From IMG/VR virus record IMGVR_UViG_3300050343_000182: a DNA stretch of 64,000 nt; one strand, given 5' to 3'. A program made the translations under genes and the position numbers. Origin of the DNA: a virus. Below are positions 1-7,814 of the stretch, in pieces. Positions within the stretch are counted from its first letter, which is position 1. The number at the start of each line of letters is the position of its first letter. The notes below the pieces were generated by a model. It was not told where the DNA came from, did not search any database, and worked only from the letters and a program-made list of their open reading frames with translations.

Positions 1-2
1 AG

Positions 3-31
3 AGCGTAGCACAACGAGTTTTTTTTGTCAA
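3..31 (-). promoter_or_regulatory. sigma70-type early promoter pointing out of the window (leftward)
   Basis: The reverse complement reads TTGACA (31-26), 17-nt spacer, TACGCT (8-3). Confidence 0.55.
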
Positions 32-68
32 ACATACCGAGGACACTACACAAACCCACACAGACCAC

Positions 69-97
69 TTGACAATCATGCCAATCAATCCTACAAT
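69..97 (+). promoter_or_regulatory. sigma70-type early promoter
   Basis: TTGACA (69-74), 17-nt spacer, TACAAT (92-97), about 40 nt upstream of the ORF at 139. Confidence 0.8.
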
Positions 98-138
98 CAT
101 TGAGTAGTTAACCAAAGACACTTTTGATCTGCTGACTA

Positions 139-306
139 ATGGGAAGGACCTACAAACGAAATGATCTACACAACTCACGACGCCCCAAATCTATCAGAGA
201 AAAGAGACAGTATTCAAAGACTAATCGCACAGTGAGCGATGAGTTTTCCACAGACGAATCCACAGGCAACAAATCAATCAAACGACCCGAGGACTACAAC
301 CAATGA
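139..306 (+). CDS. small basic hypothetical protein (55 aa), not in ORF track
   Basis: Hand translation MGRTYKRNDLHNSRRPKSIREKRQYS...EDYNQ*; directly downstream of the early promoter; ATGA overlap with the next ORF. Confidence 0.7.
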   Translation: MGRTYKRNDLHNSRRPKSIREKRQYSKTNRTVSDEFSTDESTGNKSIKRPEDYNQ

Positions 307-410
307 ATGAACTAGACACTGATTGGATTGATGACATTCTCGACGAGGATTCGCCTGAGTATGATGACATCAACGAAGACACCCTAGCAGACACTTACAC
401 TGATTCATGA
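303..410 (+). CDS. very acidic micro-protein (35 aa), not in ORF track
   Basis: MNELDTDWIDDILDEDSPEYDDINEDTLADTYTDS*; ATGA overlaps at both ends. Confidence 0.65.
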   Translation: MNELDTDWIDDILDEDSPEYDDINEDTLADTYTDS

Positions 411-574
411 ATACAATCACGCTCGACACTTCACCCCCTGTAGAGGTTAAACTATGGGAGAAGAGTAAACGTTACTTTTGGCGATACGATTACGAGGGTT
501 GTCCTAAGAATGGTCCTTTTAAGTCTAAGCAGCAAGCAGTTAACGACGCACGCACATTCTCTGCACAACTATGA
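407..574 (+). CDS. hypothetical protein (55 aa), not in ORF track
   Basis: MNTITLDTSPPVEVKLWEKSKRYFWRYDYEGCPKNGPFKSKQQAVNDARTFSAQL*; ATGA overlaps at both ends. Confidence 0.7.
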   Translation: MNTITLDTSPPVEVKLWEKSKRYFWRYDYEGCPKNGPFKSKQQAVNDARTFSAQL

Positions 575-777
575 CACAATCATCATCCCTATCTAATAAA
601 CTAGAAATGCTTCTAGAGTTATACGATGAGGGACATCTACCACCCGATGAGCAAGTAGAACTAGCACAGGAGTTGATAGACTTAGATCTAGATGATGACC
701 TGAGACAGTATCAACAATTCTGTGACTATTGCATTGCTGAGGGTATGTGCTATGATGTAGATGTAGGGGACAGTTAA
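571..777 (+). CDS. acidic hypothetical protein (68 aa)
   Basis: ORF track; last member of the ATGA-coupled chain. Confidence 0.75.
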   Translation: MTQSSSLSNKLEMLLELYDEGHLPPDEQVELAQELIDLDLDDDLRQYQQFCDYCIAEGMCYDVDVGDS

Positions 778-784
778 CGACACC

Positions 785-853
785 TAGGACAGTGTTTTGG
801 CGCTTGGTTGATGTTACCGCGAAGCGGGTATATTAAAAACGCTTAAGTCCCTA
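785..853. other. intergenic structured element containing a GCGAAGC mini-hairpin
   Basis: CCGC-GAA-GCGG at 817-827, enclosed by GTGTTTT/AAAACGC (792-798/836-842) and TAGGAC/GTCCCTA (785-790/847-853) pairings. Confidence 0.4.
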
Positions 854-893
854 ACCTACAAAAGTAACTATCCGAGATCTCTATATTAATCAA

Positions 894-1061
894 ATGAAAC
901 TTCGGGTCCCCCCTACAGAAAAAAATTCCCAGTATAATTTTACTCTCTCAACCCCTTTGAGAGCACAGTTGAATTATATCTGGGAATCACTCTCAGAGAC
1001 CGCTAGGATCGCCTCAGGGCACCTTCGCGCCTCAATTACAAACAAGACTACCAAACCATGA
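894..1061 (+). CDS. hypothetical protein (55 aa), not in ORF track
   Basis: MKLRVPPTEKNSQYNFTLSTPLRAQLNYIWESLSETARIASGHLRASITNKTTKP*; ATGA overlap with the 1058 ORF. Confidence 0.55.
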   Translation: MKLRVPPTEKNSQYNFTLSTPLRAQLNYIWESLSETARIASGHLRASITNKTTKP

Positions 1062-1540
1062 GTATTACTCGCAAAGAAGAAATGATTGCCCTTAGAGAGC
1101 AATACAGTGATCTCATAGGAATTCCATGGACAGGACGACGTATCTACGGATGTTATGAAATCATTCGTAAATACTATAAGTATATCCATGATGACGATCT
1201 GCCAGACTTCAACGCTAGAGGAATCATCACATTCACTGATGAGGCAATTGAAGAGGGTGGTGCAGAGAAACTATGGGAGAGTGAATGGGGAGAAGAGACA
1301 GACTTCTCTACAGTGGTTGCAGAAGATGTATTACTCTTCAGATTGTATACCAATCCATTAGGAGGATCATACTCAGCACCACGGGGCAGAGCACCGAATC
1401 ATGGAGGGATTTACCTAGGTAATGGTTTCATGCTACACCATCCATATGATGCTATGAGTCAGATTGCAGATCTTGAGAGACAGGGCAATCGTGTATGGAA
1501 TACGAGTTGCATCGGCGCAATTCGCAAGAAGTCTACATAA
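1058..1540 (+). CDS. NlpC/P60-family (C40 peptidase-like) protein
   Basis: YGCYEIIRKYY (catalytic Cys region) and HGGIYLGNGFMLHH (His motif) match the NlpC/P60 pattern. Confidence 0.7.
   Translation: MSITRKEEMIALREQYSDLIGIPWTGRRIYGCYEIIRKYYKYIHDDDLPDFNARGIITFTDEAIEEGGAEKLWESEWGEETDFSTVVAEDVLLFRLYTNPLGGSYSAPRGRAPNHGGIYLGNGFMLHHPYDAMSQIADLERQGNRVWNTSCIGAIRKKST
1533..1539 (+). promoter_or_regulatory. possible late-promoter variant CTACATA
   Basis: One mismatch to CTAAATA, about 21 nt before the ATG at 1561; the same motif precedes petE. Confidence 0.35.
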
Positions 1541-1560
1541 GGTGTAGAAACAACGAACGT

Positions 1561-1725
1561 ATGTCGAAACGCTATGTCCTAAACGTTGAGGTAGATGAGC
1601 ACGGTGAGTGCTTTGTTACACTACCTGATCAATTGCTTGAAGATGCACAATGGGACGTGGGTGATGTCTTAGAATACTCTGAAGACATCGACGGATCCAT
1701 TATTATTACAAAAGTAGTGACTTAA
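1561..1725 (+). CDS. AbrB/MazE-like swapped-hairpin DNA-binding protein (54 aa)
   Basis: MSKRYVLNVEVDEHGECFVTLPDQLLEDAQWDVGDVLEYSEDIDGSIIITKV fits the AbrB pattern (xLPxxx...xxGDxLxx...xIxI); start moved from 1495 to 1561. Confidence 0.65.
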   Translation: MSKRYVLNVEVDEHGECFVTLPDQLLEDAQWDVGDVLEYSEDIDGSIIITKVVT

Positions 1726-1754
1726 AAAATCCGCGAAAAACCGCGTCCAAAATT

Positions 1755-2045
1755 ATGAGTGATACACCAAAGTTTGAAACCCTAGAAGAATATACCAACT
1801 GGGGTTTTGAGCAACTATCTCAAGGGTTAGTCACAATGACTAATCGCGTGACTGCCTTAGAGCAGGCAGTATCTAAGTTTCCCCCGCCTGGTGCGGATAT
1901 GATTAAGTATAAGATACCAGAGCGAGAAGAGTATAGTAACTTAGTAGAATTGTTTGATAATCTATATGACCGTCTCCGCAATCTTGAAGATGAGCGAGAC
2001 GATCTAAAGACCCGTCTAAATAAAATTGAAGGGTTTGATCATTAA
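1755..2045 (+). CDS. coiled-coil hypothetical protein
   Basis: ORF track; heptad-like C-terminus (LYDRLRNLEDERDDLKTRLNKIE). Confidence 0.8.
   Translation: MSDTPKFETLEEYTNWGFEQLSQGLVTMTNRVTALEQAVSKFPPPGADMIKYKIPEREEYSNLVELFDNLYDRLRNLEDERDDLKTRLNKIEGFDH
2016..2022 (+). promoter_or_regulatory. T4-type late promoter
   Basis: CTAAATA about 30 nt upstream of the 2051 ORF. Confidence 0.55.
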
Positions 2046-2050
2046 TTGTA

Positions 2051-5000
2051 ATGCCTGCATATCTCCTAGAATCTGCTCGGAGCTTTCCTAATCCTATTGC
2101 AGGAGAGGAATACAACACAACCTGGAAAAGACCATCCAGTGGTGACTATGAAAGTCATTCGTCTGGTAATGGTCTTGGCACGGGCACAGATTACTTTATT
2201 ACCTTTGAGGGTAGTGGACCTGGATCCTATCCTCTGGGGAAAGATGCTGTACACTATATCGGTGATCAAGAGGAGACCTGTGTAGCATTCTGCGGATATA
2301 CCCGTAAACCTGTATACAGATGGTATCGTGGTGCAAAGCGCGATCACAAGTATACAAAGAATCCTGAGATGACCGAAGCAGATGCAGGATGTGAGAATGA
2401 ATCGTGGAAGAAGATATCAAGTGGATATAACAAAGAACCTAGGAAAGGCACTCCATACTTCTTCTGTCTAGATCGTCAGCAAGAAGGTAGTGTGCCACTT
2501 CAGATGTGGTATTCATATTGGCCTGACAATACTATTCTAGTTGCTGGCACTGGTAACCCTTCTGGTGTTAGCACTGGTTGTGGTAAAGGAAAGTATTACG
2601 ACTGTTATACCTTAGGGTATATTTTTACAAATGAGTCTGATGCACTACAGTATGGACCTGATGCTGTACCTCTGTATCATTACCGCTATGGTAATTACAG
2701 TGCGGGTAGTGGTAAAGATATTGATGACTTCTATACTATTCAACCTGCAGAGGAAGTCAATCTAGATGGTGGTCCAGTCCCACCTAAGAAACTGATGGAC
2801 CTGGAATACAAGTATCAGGGTATCATTGGGTATGTGTATCCTGCAGACGCCCCTAACAGTCCACAGGAACGTGTTATAGACGTTGGTAAGTTAGGACCTA
2901 CTGGTCAGTGTATAGACAAAACATCCTGGTATGCATTTGCTCAGGATGGTCCCTATGCAAGACCTGGATATTACAGAGCAACCAGTACTCCTGGTGTTGT
3001 TGGTTTTGGTAATCCTGACAATGCAGAGAAGATAAGTGAGGAAGCAAACTTTGAGTGGATGTATGGACTTAATGGAGCGATCAAAGGTGCAGTGCCACGC
3101 TTCCTAGGGTTTGAGGATTCGTATGACTCACAGTTTTACTACTACTTGTATGACACATCATACCCTTGGAATGGTCCTCTCTTCGGCATCCAGTATGGAT
3201 TGAATGATATTCCGTGCTGTCCTAACGCTGATGATGATGAGGGTAACCCTATATGCCTACCTAACGAGCATTTCTACTCACACTTCTACAAGATTCGTGA
3301 GGATTCTTGGGAGACTACTAAGTCTAGATGCGTGTTAACTGATGAATCTACTAATGCAGTTAACGAATCCTTTGAAACTATTGACACAGATAGCACTAAA
3401 GTCTTGTTTAGATACCTAACAAGGAGTGGTGACTTCAATAGAGGTGAGCAAATCAACGGTTGGAATATAGTTTCCGTCCTTTATTACGGTGATCAACTCA
3501 AATGTGGCATCATGGAGTTGGAAGGTAGCGGAAGTACCTTCACTTATCAGCAGAATTTTACTTCTACAGACGGTGGTCAGTGCGAAATTCTTGCTGGATA
3601 CGGCATTGCAGACAAATGTGCGTTTGCTGGAGTGTATGAATTCCCTAAAAAGGTAGCATTCTACAAGGTTGAGCTCTCTCCTAAGGCACTTATACCTAAT
3701 CGCACACTGGATGAGGCAAAGTTTGAGGCAGTTATTAATGACAAAGGCGGTATTGATGAGGTTATTATCATTAATAGCGGACGTGGTTACTCTAAAAATG
3801 CAAACGTTACCGCAATTACACCTAAAGTCCTCAAGAACTTCTCACCTACAGACACTACAGAGCACTTAGAAGACCTGATTAAGAAGGATAAAGACTTCAA
3901 TAAAGCACTCAACCCCAAATTTAAGGGTGATGATCCTGTCAGAGACGTGCAAATTGCTGCTGGTGGTCTCGGTGGAGCTATTGACTTCCCCATTGACCAT
4001 GATGATATCGCAGTAAAGCTCACTTCTGCCAAGTTAAAGATCGCTGCATTCGATGAAATTGGTGGTATCGCGGCAATTAGAGTGGTCAAACCTGGATCAG
4101 GATACGATGCTGAAGAGCCACCTGATGTATTTGTGACTGATCCTGAATACATTGAGTATGAAAGTCCAAACATTGGGGACATTGCTGCACTAGGACAGGG
4201 TATCTCTGACCAGTTTACTAACATTGACAGTAGTTTACCTACTGGTGGACGGAAGGGTAAGAAGCAAGACCCCACAGATTGGATCAATACCAACACCGAA
4301 AATGACTTTAGGGGCGCACCTACTAAGTTTCAGAGCCTAGGAACTACGGGTCTTGGGTCTGCGACCTCCCCCAATCAAGTAGCAAACACGGGTTTCACTA
4401 TTATGAATACCCCTGTTGCCTCTGCAGCACCTGATTCTTACATCAGAATGGCGGAGCTTGACAATGAAAACGAAACAAAACTGTGTTTTGACCTCCCACC
4501 TAACTGTTTAGATGTAGATGGTCGCGGTGATGTGCTTGATGCTATCCCTAAAAAGGACTTCTGGGAGCTTATGAGTGGCAGAGATGACCGCATTCGCAAG
4601 TTTGAGTCGCAAGTTATGCCTGATGTTTACACTACAGTCACAAGATTGGGTGAATTTCAGGAATCTACGTCTCATGTTTACGGTCCTTTCCAGAAAGACC
4701 GCTGTTTGACCATGGGTCAACCTAAGGTTTACAACATTAAACGCTGGTTTGACATGCCATGTGCGTATGTTAGCAACACTGAGAAGGGATCTGCCACTCT
4801 TGACATGATTGAGAAGGGTAGAAACCTCACTGATGAGCGTGCTTTCGGTTATTTGCCTTATAAATACTGCGCTTCTAAGGTTAAAGAGGCAGAATTTAAC
4901 GTATCAATCATGATTGAAGGCAAAGTTACTGGATCTCAGGGCGCAGCTTTCATGGATTTCATGGAAAGTTTCAAAAAACCCAAGGTAACACCGCGCAGAA

Positions 5001-5854
5001 AGGTGTCTGGTGGTTATAAAACGTGGAATTGTAACAATGGAGCGGTTAATGGGCGCTGCTATCGCGATCCTAATGACCAAAATGACATTATTTTCGTCCC
5101 AGTGGGGTTAGATGAGAACACTTTTGACTATAACCGTCTAGGTTTTAGTGAATATGAGCAATTCCAGCTCTGGTTGGGTGACAATTTGACTGGTGGAGCA
5201 CTCACAGGTGGCGCATCAGTGAGTTGGGCATGGGATGTGACCACAGCAGGACCTCCAGATGAGAATGGTAACGCCACATCTACGACTAATTCGTATTCTG
5301 GCAATGGATCATACACTGCATTCAGTGTAGATTGCAATCCTAACCCTGCTTCTACCAATGTGCCTAACCATGAGTGCTGGGATACCTATACAAGGAAGAC
5401 AGGAGCGCCCTCAGACGCCCCTCTAGACGTTTACTGTGGATATGATAGCGAAGGTAACCCAATCCCTGGAAACCGCTTCTGGGAGATCACAGGACCAGGC
5501 GTAGGCACTGTGCAGAATAGTCCTACAGGACCCGTCAATCCATTCTGTGCAACCTGCACACCTGCTGCATCCACTTACTATGCTTGGATCTTTGGTGGAC
5601 CTCCTGCTGCTGGTTTGGAGAATGTTAATGATGCGTCTATTGCTATTGACCCATCAAGAATGTATACCAACTCAGATGGCGACAAGGTATTCAAGATGGG
5701 ATCTTACAGCGGAACAATGCGTGTAAGGAATTGGTTGACTGGCGGTATCCAGGCACTGAGTAACGCATTAAATAACTTTGGCAACCCATACTTCACTGAA
5801 TGTGATGTTGCTAGACCTGATACTGCAGGTAAAGATATTAACCAAGAATTTTAA
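2051..5854 (+). CDS. large virion structural protein (1267 aa) with DUF5648-like repeats and GSGY baseplate-type repeats
   Basis: PVYRWY...DHKYT and VPLYHY...DDFYT...YQGIIGYVY repeats; IINSGRGY and VVKPGSGY motifs; TAATG coupling to the PAAR-like gene. Confidence 0.75.
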   Translation: MPAYLLESARSFPNPIAGEEYNTTWKRPSSGDYESHSSGNGLGTGTDYFITFEGSGPGSYPLGKDAVHYIGDQEETCVAFCGYTRKPVYRWYRGAKRDHKYTKNPEMTEADAGCENESWKKISSGYNKEPRKGTPYFFCLDRQQEGSVPLQMWYSYWPDNTILVAGTGNPSGVSTGCGKGKYYDCYTLGYIFTNESDALQYGPDAVPLYHYRYGNYSAGSGKDIDDFYTIQPAEEVNLDGGPVPPKKLMDLEYKYQGIIGYVYPADAPNSPQERVIDVGKLGPTGQCIDKTSWYAFAQDGPYARPGYYRATSTPGVVGFGNPDNAEKISEEANFEWMYGLNGAIKGAVPRFLGFEDSYDSQFYYYLYDTSYPWNGPLFGIQYGLNDIPCCPNADDDEGNPICLPNEHFYSHFYKIREDSWETTKSRCVLTDESTNAVNESFETIDTDSTKVLFRYLTRSGDFNRGEQINGWNIVSVLYYGDQLKCGIMELEGSGSTFTYQQNFTSTDGGQCEILAGYGIADKCAFAGVYEFPKKVAFYKVELSPKALIPNRTLDEAKFEAVINDKGGIDEVIIINSGRGYSKNANVTAITPKVLKNFSPTDTTEHLEDLIKKDKDFNKALNPKFKGDDPVRDVQIAAGGLGGAIDFPIDHDDIAVKLTSAKLKIAAFDEIGGIAAIRVVKPGSGYDAEEPPDVFVTDPEYIEYESPNIGDIAALGQGISDQFTNIDSSLPTGGRKGKKQDPTDWINTNTENDFRGAPTKFQSLGTTGLGSATSPNQVANTGFTIMNTPVASAAPDSYIRMAELDNENETKLCFDLPPNCLDVDGRGDVLDAIPKKDFWELMSGRDDRIRKFESQVMPDVYTTVTRLGEFQESTSHVYGPFQKDRCLTMGQPKVYNIKRWFDMPCAYVSNTEKGSATLDMIEKGRNLTDERAFGYLPYKYCASKVKEAEFNVSIMIEGKVTGSQGAAFMDFMESFKKPKVTPRRKVSGGYKTWNCNNGAVNGRCYRDPNDQNDIIFVPVGLDENTFDYNRLGFSEYEQFQLWLGDNLTGGALTGGASVSWAWDVTTAGPPDENGNATSTTNSYSGNGSYTAFSVDCNPNPASTNVPNHECWDTYTRKTGAPSDAPLDVYCGYDSEGNPIPGNRFWEITGPGVGTVQNSPTGPVNPFCATCTPAASTYYAWIFGGPPAAGLENVNDASIAIDPSRMYTNSDGDKVFKMGSYSGTMRVRNWLTGGIQALSNALNNFGNPYFTECDVARPDTAGKDINQEF

Positions 5855-6387
5855 TGGCATACGGATTTCTAAAACCAGTTGCATCACTGAATGGTCTACC
5901 CTGCTCAGGGCATGGTCTTTGTCTACCATCCACTGTCCACTCAGTACAAGCGTGTGGCACCCCTCCAGTGCCCTACAGCATCGTTATTAAGAATTTTACA
6001 TGCTGGTGGCCACCCACACCTCTAATTCCACTTACAGCGGTTAACCCAATACGAGCAACGGTTCTTGTGCAGTTTATTCCCATCATGATTGGTGGCGATA
6101 CATTCACTCCACACATTGCTTTGTGTACAAATATTGTGATTTACATCTGCCCTTGCGGTAAGGGTGTGTGTCCTATTCCTACACCTATCCCATGCAGCAC
6201 ACTGACTATTGAAGACGCTGGTGGAGTGGGACATCCTAGAGTGCTCTTCCCAACTACGTTGACAGTGTTTGCATTCAAGATTCCTATTGCAAGGATTCTA
6301 GATCCACTGGGTGTCGGATTCCCTGGATTCTCATATCCATGCTCCTCAGTGGTTGCTTTTGGGCATCCAACTGTGCTATCATCCTAA
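5854..6387 (+). CDS. PAAR-like spike-tip protein (T4 gp5.4 analogue), Cys-rich
   Basis: CSGHG, GDTFTPH and IARILDPLG resemble PAAR repeat motifs; lies upstream of g25. Confidence 0.6.
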   Translation: MAYGFLKPVASLNGLPCSGHGLCLPSTVHSVQACGTPPVPYSIVIKNFTCWWPPTPLIPLTAVNPIRATVLVQFIPIMIGGDTFTPHIALCTNIVIYICPCGKGVCPIPTPIPCSTLTIEDAGGVGHPRVLFPTTLTVFAFKIPIARILDPLGVGFPGFSYPCSSVVAFGHPTVLSS

Positions 6388-6406
6388 GGTAGTTTGAAAG
6401 GGACTA

Positions 6407-6556
6407 ATGCCCGCACGCGCAACGACAGGACTGGTTAAAGATGGATGGGTGCCTGGTAAACCAAAAATGACTCGACAGGGTACCTCTAAAAATACTAAAT
6501 ATTCTGCAACATCTCGTAACAGTAAAGGTAAGCGGTATCGTGGTCAAGGTCGATGA
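6407..6556 (+). CDS. small basic protein (49 aa) ending KRYRGQGR, not in ORF track
   Basis: MPARATTGLVKDGWVPGKPKMTRQGTSKNTKYSATSRNSKGKRYRGQGR*; GAAAGGGA upstream; ATGA overlap with 6553. Confidence 0.75.
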   Translation: MPARATTGLVKDGWVPGKPKMTRQGTSKNTKYSATSRNSKGKRYRGQGR

Positions 6557-6804
6557 GATCTGAGACCAGAGAGTCTATGGAGATGCTTTGGTCTGCTAAG
6601 TGGAATCTTCCAAAAGCAGCAAATCACTGCGGACTCTCTTACAAAGAGATGAAGATTACCTTTAACGAGTATTGTAATTTCCATCCAGCAACATATAATC
6701 ATGAAGAGGAAACTCAATTTCATTTCCCAAGACAAGGAGATGGCACTGATTCAGGAAATGATCTATCGGATCCAAATGGAGGATCCAGACATTCATCCGA
6801 GTAA
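6553..6804 (+). CDS. hypothetical protein, possible HTH (WNLPKAANHCGLS)
   Basis: ORF track; ATGA-coupled; CTAAATA at 6495-6501 upstream. Confidence 0.7.
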   Translation: MRSETRESMEMLWSAKWNLPKAANHCGLSYKEMKITFNEYCNFHPATYNHEEETQFHFPRQGDGTDSGNDLSDPNGGSRHSSE

Positions 6805-7225
6805 CACTTGTTTCTTATGTGTCTCACCAGATTATTCCAGTATTGTGACTCAACATTTGAGTCATGCACTAAGTAAGGATGGTGAGATTTATCACATTGA
6901 AGCAGTGAATGTTCCATTCCCAGATGAATCTACTGAAGCATATGCTAAGAGATTCACCATAGACTTTTTGTCATGGACTCTAGACTGGGACAACTTTGTG
7001 TTGATCGAAGCAGGTGTCATTAGAGGTGGCAACTACACTTGGATCACAAATATCATGAAAGAGTATCAAGTAGTTGGTGATCACACACCTTACTATACTG
7101 TTGCTCTTTGTGAGAATACAGGAAGCAGATTTAAGTCTGACTTCGTTTCCCATTATTATGACAATACCAAAGAAGATTTACACTTCTGGTGGGAGCGTCC
7201 TAATAACCATTGGGAATGTCCATAA
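6701..7225 (+). CDS. type I phosphoribosyltransferase-like protein
   Basis: FVLIEAGVIRGGNY resembles the PRPP-binding loop (hhhhDDhhxTGxT) of PRTases. Confidence 0.55.
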   Translation: MKRKLNFISQDKEMALIQEMIYRIQMEDPDIHPSNTCFLCVSPDYSSIVTQHLSHALSKDGEIYHIEAVNVPFPDESTEAYAKRFTIDFLSWTLDWDNFVLIEAGVIRGGNYTWITNIMKEYQVVGDHTPYYTVALCENTGSRFKSDFVSHYYDNTKEDLHFWWERPNNHWECP

Positions 7226-7228
7226 ATA
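7221..7228 (+). promoter_or_regulatory. T4-type late promoter
   Basis: CATAAATA upstream of GGAGG and a GTG start at 7253. Confidence 0.7.
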
Positions 7229-7252
7229 AAATTACCATGTGGAGGAATCATC

Positions 7253-7399
7253 GTGGCCAACAGTCCAGTACCTGACCAGAGCGAAGACTTTATCAAATCG
7301 GGTATGCGTCTAATAACCGACCCACGAAGTGATAAATATCTTCATAAGGTGAGTCGTAACATTCAACCACCTGAGAGACCAAAGAAAAAAGAGGGTTAA
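7253..7399 (+). CDS. hypothetical protein (48 aa, GTG start), not in ORF track
   Basis: MANSPVPDQSEDFIKSGMRLITDPRSDKYLHKVSRNIQPPERPKKKEG*; GGAGG RBS; stop abuts the g25 start. Confidence 0.7.
   Translation: MANSPVPDQSEDFIKSGMRLITDPRSDKYLHKVSRNIQPPERPKKKEG
7331..7338 (+). promoter_or_regulatory. T4-type late promoter for g25/g6
   Basis: GATAAATA about 60 nt upstream of g25. Confidence 0.5.
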
Positions 7400-7813
7400 A
7401 TGCCTGCTTACAGATTCAGATCAGACAAGTACGTCAGTAGAGGGTTTAAGGACTTAGCAATTTCCTTTAATTCAAATCCTTCTACCGACGACTTTGGTGC
7501 TGTCAAGAATGAGAGAGCAATCAATCAATCTGTAAGAAATTTATTATTGACTATATTAGGTGAAAGACCTTTTCAGCCGAGCATTGGAAGTCGGGTGAAA
7601 GGTCTTCTTTTTGAGCCATGGGATCCATTCTCAAAAGACGCTATTAGGACTGAAATTGAAGATTGCCTTGAGCGTCTCGAGCCACGGATTACTGTACAGG
7701 ATGTGCGGGTTGAAGACAACAGTGATCTAAATGAAATTCAAGTTGAGCTTGAATACTTGATTACTGGAGAAAACATAACCCAAGAAGTAACATTCCTCTT
7801 AGAGAAGACCTGA
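7400..7813 (+). CDS. g25: baseplate wedge subunit gp25
   Basis: AINQSVRNLLLTILGERPFQPSIGS and LERLEPRITV are gp25/GPW motifs; followed by g6. Confidence 0.92.
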   Translation: MPAYRFRSDKYVSRGFKDLAISFNSNPSTDDFGAVKNERAINQSVRNLLLTILGERPFQPSIGSRVKGLLFEPWDPFSKDAIRTEIEDCLERLEPRITVQDVRVEDNSDLNEIQVELEYLITGENITQEVTFLLEKT

Positions 7814-7814
7814 A

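Noticed and set aside
4859-4866. Perfect TATAAATA inside the 1267-aa gene
   Set aside because: About 1 kb from the next start codon and explained by Tyr-Lys-Tyr codons.
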